64,000 nt of DNA, from positions 5,029 to 69,028 of the forward strand of contig CAZEBW010000012.1 of NCBI GenBank assembly GCA_964510205.1, read 5' to 3'. Below are positions 49,565 to 59,456 of the stretch, piece after piece; position 1 is the stretch's first letter, and each line of letters begins with the position of its first letter. The translations under genes and the position numbers were made by a program. The stretch comes from an uncultured Anaerolineae bacterium. Its GTDB lineage: Bacteria; Chloroflexota; Anaerolineae; VGOG01. The notes below the pieces were generated by a model. It worked only from the letters and a program-made list of their open reading frames with translations, did not search any database and was not told the DNA's origin.

Positions 49565-51658
49565 ATGAAAAAGAGACTTGCTCTCATCGCCCTGGTCGTG
49601 GCCTTGATGGTGGGCGCGCTCCCCACTACTAGCCCGACTGGCCAGGCTCAAGGTTCCCTACAGAAAGCGGCCGAGGCCTATTTCAGTGGTGGGCCGAAGA
49701 CGATCACCGCCGCCGACTTGTTCGAGAATCTGAACGATGGCGATCCCGAAAACGATCCGTACCTCATCAGCGTGCGTTCGGCGGAGGACTATGCCAAGGG
49801 TCACGTGCCTGGGGCGGTGCACATGGATGTGAAGGAGCTGTTCAGCACCGAGAACCTGGCCACGATACCGCCGGACAAGGACGTGGTGGTGATCTGCTAC
49901 ACGGGGCAGTCGGCGGGCCAGGCGACGGCGGCGTTGAACATGCTGGGCTACGAGGCCTACAGCCTGCTGTTCGGCATGTCCTCCTGGACTAGCGATCCTG
50001 AGGTATTCGTCAAGCGGTTCAATCCTGAGACACACGCCAGCGACTACGCCGTTGACACCGAGGCCTACGAGCCGGGCGGTCCCTACAGCCTGCCCAGTCC
50101 GTTGGCGACGAACGTCGCCGGTTCCGCCCAAGCCTACTTCAGCGGTGGGACGAAGACGGTCACCGCCGCCGATCTGTTCGAGAATCTGAACGACGGCGAT
50201 GCGGAGAATGATCCGTACCTCATCAGCGTGCGTTCGGCGGAGGACTATGCCAAGGGTCACGTGCCAGGGGCGGTGCACATGGACGTGAAGGAGCTGTTCA
50301 CCACCGAGAATCTGGCCACGATTCCTGCTGACAAGGACGTGGTAGTGGTCTGCTACACGGGCCAGTCGGCGGGCCAGGCGACGGCGGCGCTGAACATGCT
50401 GGGCTACGAGGCCTACAGCCTGCTCTTCGGTATGTCCTCCTGGACCAGCGACCCCGAGGTGTTTGTCAAGCGCTTCAATCCTGAGACACACACCAGCGAC
50501 TACGCCATTGACACCGAAGCCCACGAGCCGGGCGGCCCCTACGAACTGCCGTTCGTGGTGGCTCCTGTGGCTGTCGAAGTAGCTGGCGTCGGTGAAGTCG
50601 CGGAGGTCTACTTCAGCGGTGGGCCGAAGACGATCACCGCCGCCGATCTGTTTGAGAATCTGAACGACGGCGATCCCGAAAACGATCCGTACGTCATCAG
50701 CGTGCGTTCGGCGGAGGACTACGCCAAGGGGCACGTGCCTGGGGCGGTGCACATGGATGTGAAGGAGCTGTTCAGCACCGAGAACCTGGCCACGATACCG
50801 CCGGACAAGGACGTGGTGGTGATCTGCTACACGGGGCAGTCGGCGGGCCAGGCGACGGCGGCGTTGAACATGCTGGGCTACGAGGCCTACAGCCTGCTGT
50901 TCGGCATGTCCTCCTGGACTAGCGATCCTGAGGTATTCGTCAAGCGGTTCAATCCTGAGACACACGCCAGCGACTACGCCGTTGACACCGAGGCCTACGA
51001 GCCGGGCGGTCCCTACAGCCTGCCCAGTCCGTTGGCGACCAACGTCGCCGGTTCCGCCCAAGCCTATTTCAGCGGTGGGCCGAAGACGGTCACCGCCGCC
51101 GATCTGTTCGAGAACCTGAACGATGGCGATGCGGAGAACGATCCCTACATCATCAGCGTGCGCTCCGCTGAAGACTACGCCAAGGGTCACGTACCTGGGG
51201 CGGTGCACATGGATGTGAAGGAGCTGTTCAGCACCGAGAACCTGGCCACGATACCGCCGGACAAGGACGTGGTGGTCATCTGCTACACGGGTCAGTCGGC
51301 GGGCCAGGCCACGGCGGCGCTGAACATGCTGGGCTACGAGGCCTACAGTCTGCTGTTTGGGATGTCGTCGTGGACGACGGATCCAGAGGTATTCGTCAAG
51401 CGCTTCAATCCTGAGACACACGCCAGCGACTACGCCATTGACACCGAGGTCCACCAGCCCGGCGGCCCCTACGAGCTGCCGTTCGCGGTGGTCGAGGAAG
51501 AAGCCAAGCCGGTCCCCAAACCAACGCCGGAAGCTGGACTGGTACCGGTGTCGGTCGGGGCCATGAACTGCGTGACCTGCCACACCGACGAGGCAAGCCT
51601 GAAGGAACTAGCTGTAGAGAAGGAGGTCAAGTCGGAGGAAACCTCCGGCGAGGGCTGA
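49565..51658 (+). CDS. secreted protein with four tandem rhodanese domains and a C-terminal CxxCH heme motif
   Basis: signal peptide; four copies of ...CYTGQSAGQATAALN... (rhodanese active-site Cys loop); CVTCH near the C-terminus. Confidence 0.8.
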   Translation: MKKRLALIALVVALMVGALPTTSPTGQAQGSLQKAAEAYFSGGPKTITAADLFENLNDGDPENDPYLISVRSAEDYAKGHVPGAVHMDVKELFSTENLATIPPDKDVVVICYTGQSAGQATAALNMLGYEAYSLLFGMSSWTSDPEVFVKRFNPETHASDYAVDTEAYEPGGPYSLPSPLATNVAGSAQAYFSGGTKTVTAADLFENLNDGDAENDPYLISVRSAEDYAKGHVPGAVHMDVKELFTTENLATIPADKDVVVVCYTGQSAGQATAALNMLGYEAYSLLFGMSSWTSDPEVFVKRFNPETHTSDYAIDTEAHEPGGPYELPFVVAPVAVEVAGVGEVAEVYFSGGPKTITAADLFENLNDGDPENDPYVISVRSAEDYAKGHVPGAVHMDVKELFSTENLATIPPDKDVVVICYTGQSAGQATAALNMLGYEAYSLLFGMSSWTSDPEVFVKRFNPETHASDYAVDTEAYEPGGPYSLPSPLATNVAGSAQAYFSGGPKTVTAADLFENLNDGDAENDPYIISVRSAEDYAKGHVPGAVHMDVKELFSTENLATIPPDKDVVVICYTGQSAGQATAALNMLGYEAYSLLFGMSSWTTDPEVFVKRFNPETHASDYAIDTEVHQPGGPYELPFAVVEEEAKPVPKPTPEAGLVPVSVGAMNCVTCHTDEASLKELAVEKEVKSEETSGEG

Positions 51659-51667
51659 GCGGGGGAG

Positions 51668-52927
51668 TTGCCTCCGTTGGAGGTATGGGAGAAGGTTTTC
51701 GTCGGTGATGAGTTCCTGGTCTCAGTTCACAATGTCCAAAATTGCATCGGCTGCCACGGCGGTGTCGAAGGGGTGGACGACAAGGATGCGGCCCACGAAG
51801 GCGTGGTGCGAGATCCCCTGGAGGACTCTGAGCGGTTCTGCGGCGTTTGCCACGCAGAGGCCACTGAGCTGGCTGCCACCAGCCTGCATCAGAATTTAAC
51901 TGGCTATCAAACCATATTGGCTGCCCGCGGGGCCGATTTCAGCGACCCCAAAATGCAGGAGGCGTTTGCCAACCACTGCGACGATTGTCATACCACGTGC
52001 GGCCAGTGCCACATCAGCCGACCGAGTTTCACTTTTGGCGGCCTGATCAAGGATCACAAGGTCAAGGAAGTCGCTTCTATCAGAGACACTTGCCTGGCTT
52101 GCCACGGCGCCCGTGTGGCCAATGAGTATCAGGGCAAAAACGAGGGCGTCGAGGGAAGCGTCCACTGGCTAGAGGAGGGCATGTCCTGCTTCGAATGTCA
52201 CGAAACGAGCCACTACCACGGCGACGGCGTCGAATACGCCCATCGCTACGACGGCCCGCCCGGCGTGGACTGTCTGGAATGCCACGAAGAGGCGGCGCCC
52301 GATCAAAGCGAGATAGAGGAGCACAACATCCACGCGGACAAGGTAGCCTGCGAGGTCTGTCACACATCCGGCCCATACAAGAGCTGCTACAACTGTCACG
52401 TGGCTGTAGACGACAAAGGGCTGCCCTACTACAAGACCGACGATAGCGAGTTGACCTTCAAGATCGGGCGCAATCCCAACCAGAGCGAGGACCGGCCTTG
52501 GGGCTACGTCCTGGTGCGCCACGTCCCCGTTGCGCCGAACACCTTCGCTTTCTACGGGGATGGCCTGCTGCCCACCTTCGACAACGTGCCAACGTGGAAA
52601 TACGCCACGCCCCACAACATTCAGCGAGTTACAGCACAGAACGAGAGCTGCGACAGTTGCCACGGCAATGCGGATCTCTTCCTGACGGCTGACGACGTTG
52701 CTCCTGAGGAGCGGCAGGCCAATGCTGCCGTCATCGTCGAGGAGATACCACCGACCTCGTGGGGTCCGTACGCGGAGATTGAACCGACACAGGCTGCTGC
52801 CCGATGGCCTTGGGTGCTTGGGGCGGGTCTGGCGGTTGTCATCGGCGCCGTGACAGTCGGGCTGGTCACTCGTCGGTCCAAAGCGGCCAATCACGCACTG
52901 CAAACTTCAGGAGAGGAAAATGAATGA
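51668..52927 (+). CDS. multiheme cytochrome c (about 10 CxxCH) with C-terminal TM anchor
   Basis: CIGCH, CGVCH, CDDCH, CGQCH, CLACH, CFECH, CLECH, CEVCH, CYNCH, CDSCH; no N-terminal signal peptide; in frame with the upstream gene across a single TGA. Confidence 0.75.
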   Translation: MPPLEVWEKVFVGDEFLVSVHNVQNCIGCHGGVEGVDDKDAAHEGVVRDPLEDSERFCGVCHAEATELAATSLHQNLTGYQTILAARGADFSDPKMQEAFANHCDDCHTTCGQCHISRPSFTFGGLIKDHKVKEVASIRDTCLACHGARVANEYQGKNEGVEGSVHWLEEGMSCFECHETSHYHGDGVEYAHRYDGPPGVDCLECHEEAAPDQSEIEEHNIHADKVACEVCHTSGPYKSCYNCHVAVDDKGLPYYKTDDSELTFKIGRNPNQSEDRPWGYVLVRHVPVAPNTFAFYGDGLLPTFDNVPTWKYATPHNIQRVTAQNESCDSCHGNADLFLTADDVAPEERQANAAVIVEEIPPTSWGPYAEIEPTQAAARWPWVLGAGLAVVIGAVTVGLVTRRSKAANHALQTSGEENE

Positions 52928-53828
52928 CCATAAACGAGCCACTGTAGATCGAAGAGATTTTCTCAAGCTCGCGGGCGTTGGTCTGGTGAGCGCAAGCAGC
53001 ACACGCTTACTCCTGCAACCGTCAGGACAGGCCTTCGCCTCTGCTCTGAATGAGGACGAGGTGGCCATCCTGTACGATGGCTCCAAATGCATTGGCTGCC
53101 GGGCCTGCGAGGAAGCCTGCAAGGAGTGCAATAACCTGCCTGTGGAGACAACGCCGCCCTCTGAACTATCAGCCACTACCTGGAATCTGATCAAGAAGAG
53201 AGCAGGGGTTGATCAGGCCGATCGGCCTTTCTTCAACTACCAGTGCATGCACTGCACCGATGCGGCCTGTGTGATGGTTTGTCCGACGGGGGCGCTGTAC
53301 AAAGACAAGCGAGGCTTTGTCGCTGTGGATGAAAGTAAGTGCAATGGCTGTGGCTACTGTACCCAGTTCTGCCCCTTTGGCGTGCCTGGTCTGAAAGATG
53401 TCAACTTGGTCACCGGTGAGGCTAAGGTTGGCAAGTGTATCTTTTGCTGTGACAACCAACCAGCGGAGGGTATAGGTCAGGTGGCCTGTGTTGAGGCTTG
53501 TCCGACGGGGGCCCTGACATTGGACTGGCGTCAGAGCCAGTTGGAAGCGGCGAGGGACAGGGTCGCCCAGTTGAAGGCCGAAGGCTTCAGCGAGGCGAAG
53601 CTCTACGGCGAGAGCGAAGCTGGAGGGCTGCATCGTCTAAGTATTCTGCTGGATGAGCCATCCGCCTATGGCCTACCTGTTGATCCCCAAGGGCCCATCA
53701 CCCTCTCTAGTATTTGGCAGAAGGTGATCCAGCCCCTGGGCGAGATCGCTATCGGAGCCACGACTCTGGGCTTGCTGGTGAACTGGGTGGTAGCCCGCCG
53801 TCGGATCAAGGTCGAGGAGGAGGTGTAA
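52920..53828 (+). CDS. Tat-exported 4x[4Fe-4S] ferredoxin-type subunit (NrfC/PsrB-like)
   Basis: RRDFLKLAG twin-arginine; four Cys clusters (CIGCRACEEAC, CMHCTDAACVMVCP, CNGCGYCTQFCP, CIFCCD...CVEACP). Confidence 0.85.
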   Translation: MNDHKRATVDRRDFLKLAGVGLVSASSTRLLLQPSGQAFASALNEDEVAILYDGSKCIGCRACEEACKECNNLPVETTPPSELSATTWNLIKKRAGVDQADRPFFNYQCMHCTDAACVMVCPTGALYKDKRGFVAVDESKCNGCGYCTQFCPFGVPGLKDVNLVTGEAKVGKCIFCCDNQPAEGIGQVACVEACPTGALTLDWRQSQLEAARDRVAQLKAEGFSEAKLYGESEAGGLHRLSILLDEPSAYGLPVDPQGPITLSSIWQKVIQPLGEIAIGATTLGLLVNWVVARRRIKVEEEV

Positions 53829-53829
53829 A

Positions 53830-54486
53830 ATGTTGAAGGGGAAAATCCTGGCTTTCAGCACCGCTCAACGGTTCGTGCACTGGCTGATTGTGGTGGCTTT
53901 CTCTCTCTTGGCGCTCACGGGGGTGGTGCTCTACGTGCCACAGCTTGTCCCCTTGGCCAGGGGGGAGGCCGGGATGCTGTTTCGCCTGCTCCATCGCTGG
54001 GGAGTGTTCCTTTCCGTCCTGGCGGTCCTCGCCTACATCGTGTTCGATCTCGACGGGTTGCTGGCCTCCATGAAGAGGATCTTCACCTGGGGTAAGGACG
54101 ATCTGGGCTGGCTGAAAGCGGCTCCTGCCTACTACTTCCTCGGCGATGAGAGCGACATGCCTCCCCAAGACAAGTTCAATTCGGGGCAGAAGCTGTGGTA
54201 TCTCATCGTGGTCATTGGAGGGCTGGCGCTGTTCATCACAGGGCTGCTGATGTGGTTTGGCAAGGGCTATGTGCCAGCATGGACTTTCCAATGGAGCGTT
54301 TTCCTGCACGACCTGTTTGCCATCGCCATGTCCGCCTTCTTCCTGGTGCACTTCTATCTGGCGGTGGCGCACCCTTTGATGAGGGCTGGCCTGGACGCCA
54401 TTCGCTTTGGCTTTTTCCCAGAGGAGTATGTGAAACACCATCACACCAAGTATTATCACGAATTGCAAGCTGACGAGAGCGAGTGA
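53830..54486 (+). CDS. membrane cytochrome b-type subunit
   Basis: four TM helices with conserved His (QRFVHWLIV, LLHRWGVF, FLVHFYLAVAH). Confidence 0.65.
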   Translation: MLKGKILAFSTAQRFVHWLIVVAFSLLALTGVVLYVPQLVPLARGEAGMLFRLLHRWGVFLSVLAVLAYIVFDLDGLLASMKRIFTWGKDDLGWLKAAPAYYFLGDESDMPPQDKFNSGQKLWYLIVVIGGLALFITGLLMWFGKGYVPAWTFQWSVFLHDLFAIAMSAFFLVHFYLAVAHPLMRAGLDAIRFGFFPEEYVKHHHTKYYHELQADESE

Positions 54487-54866
54487 GGCACTCTCGATTG
54501 ATCAGGAGAAGCTGGGCCGGGAAGAGGACGTCTCTTCCCGGCCCTTGTCGTTGGGATCGCCTCGCAATATGGCTCTTTGAAGGGATACGATACCAGCGTG
54601 CCCACGGGGGTAGATAGGGCTGCCGCTAGAAAGGAGTATAGCGCTGCTTTCCTTCGGCTGAAGCCTCCCCGCTCCAGAAGCACGAAGGTGACGATGCCCT
54701 CAGGAAACTCGTGGAAGATCATCCCGATGGCAGCCAAGGCCCCCGTGAGGATGCTGACGTTGAAGGTCACTGAATAGATGAGGCCGTCAATAAGCGAGTG
54801 AAAACCAACATGCACGAGGTGCAACGCATTGGCTCGCAAAGTGCGTCGCGCCTGAGCAGATGTCAC
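54456..54866 (-). pseudogene. ZIP-family metal transporter remnant
   Basis: IFHEFPEGIV ZIP signature in an about 90-aa TM segment, then loss of similarity; too short for a ZIP protein. Confidence 0.3.
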
Positions 54867-55258
54867 GCTGGCTTAAGATCCAGCACCGGTGTGCCGTTGA
54901 TGGCGTCTAGACCCTGCACTCGCAGCACGTTTCCTTCCACGGCCACCAGTTCCACCACGGTGACGCCGATGGGATTGGGGCGGCGTGGGCTGCGCAAGGC
55001 AAAGACCCCGCGTCGAGGGCGGCTCCTGTCGCCCCGGGGATGCTGAAGCAGGTCGAAACCCCGCGAACGGTGGAAATAGAAAACGACCATGATCCGCTGG
55101 CCTGGCCCTAGACCCTTCAAGCCTTCCGTCAGGGCCGGATCGAGGACGATCCGAGACTCGACGGACCGTATCTCGTCTGCTGCCGCTGGCCCATCGAAAG
55201 CGTTTTCGACGTGACCGATAGCTCGATAGACAATGGGATGGTTGTTCAGTTTCGCCAT
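54863..55258 (-). CDS. TsaA/YaeB-like (UPF0066) SAM-dependent methyltransferase
   Basis: PNPIGVTVVELVAVEGNVLRVQGLDAINGTPVLDLKP. Confidence 0.6.
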   Translation of the reverse strand: MAKLNNHPIVYRAIGHVENAFDGPAAADEIRSVESRIVLDPALTEGLKGLGPGQRIMVVFYFHRSRGFDLLQHPRGDRSRPRRGVFALRSPRRPNPIGVTVVELVAVEGNVLRVQGLDAINGTPVLDLKPA

Positions 55259-55279
55259 TTGACAGCCTCTGGGCAAGGA

Positions 55280-56455
55280 TTATGGACCTTCGGCCAGCTT
55301 GCTCAACGCCTCCTCCAACGTGGTCGCCTCGGTCTCCCGCATCTCCACCCCGGCCTCGCCGAAGACGTAGACCGGTCCCTTGCCCCGCAGGCTCTCCTTC
55401 AGCAAGACCACGTCCACCTTCTGAGACACCAGCCACTCGGCCACCCGGATGCCCTTGGCCTTCTCCAGCGTTTTGTGGGGATTAGCCACGATCTGCTGTT
55501 CCTCGACAGCGTCGTCGGCCAGGCGCACCGTGACCAGGGCGAAGTTGGGCGCCTCCCCGAAGTGCTCGCTGAGCGTGCCCGCCGTGTCGCTCAGAGGCAC
55601 AGCATAGCGCAAATGCGTCCGCTTCATCGGTTCGGTGTGGATCAGCACCCGCTCCACGTGGGGCACGGCCTGGCGGATGTGCTCCTCGATACGCTGGGTG
55701 GCTGCCTCCGCCCGCTCCAACTCGCGGACGCGCAGGACGACCTCGGCCTCCACGAAGCGGAAGCGGCCAGCATTGCGGCCAGTGGCCCACTTGAGCTCGG
55801 CCACCGTCGGTTCGGCGGTGATGATCTCCCGAATCTGCAGGATGGTGTCGGTGTCCAGCGAGGCATCGAGCAGCACGCGCATCCCATCGGAGAGCAGCTC
55901 CCAGCCTGTCTTGGCGATGGCAACGACGATGACCAAAGCAGCGACGCGGTCCAGGGGGAGGTTGAACCGCTGCGCCAACAGCGCGGCGAACACGATGCCG
56001 GTGGTGAAGACGTGGGCGCGGTACTCCTTGGCGTCGGCGATGAGAGAGGGGGAGTTGGCCGCCTTGCCAGCGCGCAGCTCGAAGTGGCTGAAAACCAGCG
56101 GGATGGCCGTGGCCACCACCAATCCCACCAACATCCAGGGATCCACCGTAGCCAGGCGCGTCGGCTCGAAGAAAGCGTCCCGGGCGATTTCGTAGGCGGT
56201 GAAGAAGATCATCACCGCCAGCCCCACGGCCACCACGTTCTCCAGCTTGTACAGGCCGTAGGGGAAGTCCTTGGACTTGCGTGTCGAGAGCTTCAGCCCG
56301 ATCAGCACCGCCACCGCCGTCAGCAGGTCCACCGCGTTGTGGACCATCTCCGCCTCCACGGCCAGGCTGCCGGAGGCCCTGGCGATGACCAGGTTGATCA
56401 GCCCCAGAGCGATGTTAACGGCAATAGAATACCAACCCCAGCGTTCAACGTTCAC
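55280..56455 (-). CDS. cation diffusion facilitator transporter with C-terminal NifX/NifB-like domain
   Basis: CDF TM core (HNAVDLLTAVAVLIG...); C-terminal FALVTV...VDVVLL...VYVFGEAG. Confidence 0.8.
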   Translation of the reverse strand: MNVERWGWYSIAVNIALGLINLVIARASGSLAVEAEMVHNAVDLLTAVAVLIGLKLSTRKSKDFPYGLYKLENVVAVGLAVMIFFTAYEIARDAFFEPTRLATVDPWMLVGLVVATAIPLVFSHFELRAGKAANSPSLIADAKEYRAHVFTTGIVFAALLAQRFNLPLDRVAALVIVVAIAKTGWELLSDGMRVLLDASLDTDTILQIREIITAEPTVAELKWATGRNAGRFRFVEAEVVLRVRELERAEAATQRIEEHIRQAVPHVERVLIHTEPMKRTHLRYAVPLSDTAGTLSEHFGEAPNFALVTVRLADDAVEEQQIVANPHKTLEKAKGIRVAEWLVSQKVDVVLLKESLRGKGPVYVFGEAGVEMRETEATTLEEALSKLAEGP

Positions 56456-56648
56456 AACGCATCCCCTCCTCCACGAAGCTTCCTCATGTAGAACCTCTAT
56501 TCATCCCTGACCCAGCTTCTCCAGAGCCGCCGCCAGTTGCTCGTTGACCCACTCCATCTCATCGGCGGCCAGGGTGATGTCCGCAGCCGAAGCTTCTTGT
56601 CCCGCAGCGCGGGCCCGCTCTGCCCACTCCCGAAACTCGGCCGCGTGC

Positions 56649-56921
56649 TCAGCGTTGTGCTCTATCCAGTGGGGCAAGAGCACCCGTAGCTTTTGCAGAT
56701 TGGTCATGTCCACCATCTCGCCCCTCCTCCTCCACCTCTGGCACCAAGGTGACGGTATGCTTGAGGAAATCAATCCGCTGGATGCGCGCCCGTACCGTCT
56801 GCGGTTCCTCAAAAAGGCTAGCCAGCCGAACGCCGTTCGCTACCGGCTCCAGCAAGATCACATCCCGCATGACTTCCTCTTCCTGGCCGTCGCCGGCCAG
56901 AAAAACTGTTGCTTGACACAT
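56649..56921 (-). CDS. CooT-like small protein
   Basis: starts MCQATVFLAGDG... with Cys2; RIDFLKHTVTLVP. Confidence 0.4.
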   Translation of the reverse strand: MCQATVFLAGDGQEEEVMRDVILLEPVANGVRLASLFEEPQTVRARIQRIDFLKHTVTLVPEVEEEGRDGGHDQSAKATGALAPLDRAQR

Positions 56922-57014
56922 CTCAGGACTCCTTCACTAATTCGTTTCTCTCCCGACCGAGCCTTTGCAGCGTCGGTCAGGAGACGCCGCTACGCTTACT
57001 GCCGAACGCGATGC

Positions 57015-57224
57015 TCACTCGCGGGTCATTTTGGTGCCGCATTTGGGACAAGTCTTCTCATAGCACGGCTGTCCTACTTGATGAGGCTCCTTGTGACCGC
57101 AACTGGGGCACACGCAGTTGCCGCCTGGTCCGGCCGCCTTGCGACCTCCCATGCGACCCGGCCCACGACCACGGCCGCTTCCGGCGCCGCCGCCACGGCC
57201 ACCACCTTGACCTCTCTGAACCAT
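57015..57224 (-). CDS. small Gly/Arg-rich zinc-ribbon protein
   Basis: CVCPSCGH...CPKCGT. Confidence 0.35.
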   Translation of the reverse strand: MVQRGQGGGRGGGAGSGRGRGPGRMGGRKAAGPGGNCVCPSCGHKEPHQVGQPCYEKTCPKCGTKMTRE

Positions 57225-57268
57225 CCTTTCTCACCTCCTCCTACAAACGGCTCTGGCTGGCGCCAGGC

Positions 57269-57487
57269 TTAATCTGTCGAACAGGGCGGGGCCTGACAGC
57301 GCTCCTCCCGCCCGCAGCAGGTCTGCCCCGCTGGGCGTCTCTCCCCAGTCATCACGTAGGGAACAGAGAGGAGCTTCTCCAAATCCAGACTGCCGCAGAT
57401 GGGGCAGGCGAGTCGAGTACTCTCGGAGCGAACTAGCATCTCCACCTGCTCTTCGCAGTTGTTGCAACGGTATTCATAGACAGGCAT
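57269..57487 (-). CDS. FmdB-family zinc-ribbon protein
   Basis: MPVYEYRCNNCEE...CPICGS. Confidence 0.5.
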   Translation of the reverse strand: MPVYEYRCNNCEEQVEMLVRSESTRLACPICGSLDLEKLLSVPYVMTGERRPAGQTCCGREERCQAPPCSTD

Positions 57488-57508
57488 CGTCAGCTCCCTC
57501 TCCTTAGC

Positions 57509-59440
57509 TCAAATAGCCCTGGCCGTCACAAATCCCTCCCGAATAGCATCAATGATCTTGCGGGGCTGGCGGGCGTCGCCGATCACGGTGGGATGAAGGT
57601 CCTCAAGCTCACGCGCCAGCTTATCCGATGCCACTGCCCCCCGCGCCATCACCACCCAGCCGGCGGGAATCAGTCTCCTCCCTCCCCGCTTGTCTCGCAC
57701 CACGACGCCGCTACCAGTAATCTGCTCTACCTCCATCTCGGTTATGATCTCTACCCCCTCTTCCTTCAGCTTGCGCAGGAGGTAATCGCCATAGAGGGGC
57801 TCGATATCGCGGCCGATCGTCTTGTAGCGTTTGAGGATAGTGACGGCGTTCCCCTGGGCAGCCAGGTATTCCGCCGTCTCCAGCCCCAGCATCCCCCCAC
57901 CGATGACAGCGATGCGCTCGCCTGCAAAGTGCATCCTTTCGGCGAGCAGCGTCTGGGCCACCACCACGTTCGGCTCGTCCACGCCGGGCACCTCTGGGAG
58001 CGCGGGCTCGGAGCCAGTGGCGACGATCACCACGTCCGGCCGCAAGGCCCGCACCACCTCCGCATCAACCTTCTCCCCCAGGTGCAACTCCACGCCCAGC
58101 CGAGGGAGCTCGTGGGCGTAATATTCGGTCACCCAGTCGAGCTTCTCCTTGCCGGGCGGGACGGAGGCGATGTTGAGAGTTCCGCCAAGACAATCCTCTT
58201 TCTCGTAGAGGGCCACCTGATGCCCGCGCAGGGCCGCCACCCGCGCTGCCTCCATCCCCGCCGGGCCGCCGCCGACCACAAGGACTTTCCTCTTGACCTC
58301 TGCCCGGCCTATCCGCGAGAAATCCATCTCTTTGCCCACAGCCGGGTTGAGCGTGCAGCGCAAGGGCGCATCCTCGATGTGCCTGGCCACCACGCATTCG
58401 TTGCAGCCGATGCACCTCCTGATGCTTTTCTCCTCGCCGGCCAGGGCCTTGTGGGGCCACTCCGGGTCGGCGATGAGCGCCCGTCCCAGGGCGACGAAGT
58501 CCGCTTTCTCCGCCCTCAGAATCTCCTCGGCCACCTGAGGTTCGCGGATCACCCCCACGGTGATCACCGGGATGCTGACCGCTTTCCTGATCTCCTCGGC
58601 CAGGTAGACCCGCCACGCTTGGGGATAGGGCATTGGCTCCAGGCGCTTCTCCTTGCCTCCCAGCCCGAAATCGGGATGGAGGGCATCGGCCCCTGCTTCC
58701 TCCAGGCGGCGGGCAAACCACCAGCCATCCTCCAAAGTGAGCCCGCCCTCCAGCAGATCCTCGGCTGCCAGACGCACCATGACGGGGAAATCACCCAGGT
58801 AGAGCTTGATGCCCTCCAGGATCTCCAGCAGGAAGCGCAAACGATTATCACGGTTGCCGCCGTATTCGTCCTGGCGCCTGTTGGTGAGCGGGGAAAGAAA
58901 TTGGTTGATGAGCAGGCCGTGGCAGGCCTGAAGCTCCACCGCATCGAAGCCTGCCTTCTTAGCCCGTCGCGCCGCTTCCACGTATTTTCCCACCACCTCC
59001 ATGACCTCCTCTCGGCTGAGCGCCCTGGGGAGGAGGCCGTCTTTGGACCTCGGCACAGCCGATGGAGCCACGGGGGTCTGCCCCTCGGTGAAGTGCAGAT
59101 CAGCGTTCATCCCCGGATGAGTTAGCTCCACGGCAATCAGCGCCCCAGCCTCGTGAACAGCATCCGCCAATCGGTGCAGGCCGGGGATGAAGGCGTCATC
59201 GTCTATGCGGGGTTGGGCCGCCCCATGTCGGGCCAGCGGGTAATCAACACAGACGTTCTCCACGGTAACCAGCCCTACCCCGCCCCTGGCTCGCTCTGCG
59301 TATTGAAAGACCAGCTCATCGGTCACCGTGCCATCCTCACTTGCCAGGTTGGTGGAGATGGGCGGCATGATGATGCGGTTCCTCAGCTTCATCTTCCCGA
59401 TGAAACCGGGCTCGAACAACCTTGGGAATCTGGCCTTCAT
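57509..59440 (-). CDS. Old Yellow Enzyme-like FMN oxidoreductase fused to an FAD/NAD(P)-binding domain (2,4-dienoyl-CoA reductase-like)
   Basis: OYE N-terminal motifs, CIGCNECV FeS motif, VLVVGGGPAGMEAA Rossmann. Confidence 0.85.
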   Translation of the reverse strand: MKARFPRLFEPGFIGKMKLRNRIIMPPISTNLASEDGTVTDELVFQYAERARGGVGLVTVENVCVDYPLARHGAAQPRIDDDAFIPGLHRLADAVHEAGALIAVELTHPGMNADLHFTEGQTPVAPSAVPRSKDGLLPRALSREEVMEVVGKYVEAARRAKKAGFDAVELQACHGLLINQFLSPLTNRRQDEYGGNRDNRLRFLLEILEGIKLYLGDFPVMVRLAAEDLLEGGLTLEDGWWFARRLEEAGADALHPDFGLGGKEKRLEPMPYPQAWRVYLAEEIRKAVSIPVITVGVIREPQVAEEILRAEKADFVALGRALIADPEWPHKALAGEEKSIRRCIGCNECVVARHIEDAPLRCTLNPAVGKEMDFSRIGRAEVKRKVLVVGGGPAGMEAARVAALRGHQVALYEKEDCLGGTLNIASVPPGKEKLDWVTEYYAHELPRLGVELHLGEKVDAEVVRALRPDVVIVATGSEPALPEVPGVDEPNVVVAQTLLAERMHFAGERIAVIGGGMLGLETAEYLAAQGNAVTILKRYKTIGRDIEPLYGDYLLRKLKEEGVEIITEMEVEQITGSGVVVRDKRGGRRLIPAGWVVMARGAVASDKLARELEDLHPTVIGDARQPRKIIDAIREGFVTARAI

Positions 59441-59456
59441 CAGCCTCTCCTAACCC

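Noticed and set aside
49658-51583. 641-aa minus-strand ORF
   Set aside because: Antisense to the rhodanese repeat gene; its internal repetition only mirrors the sense-strand duplication
55211-59125. Plus-strand ORFs 55211..56491 and 57593..59125
   Set aside because: Antisense to the CDF transporter and the OYE-like oxidoreductase, which have strong motif support
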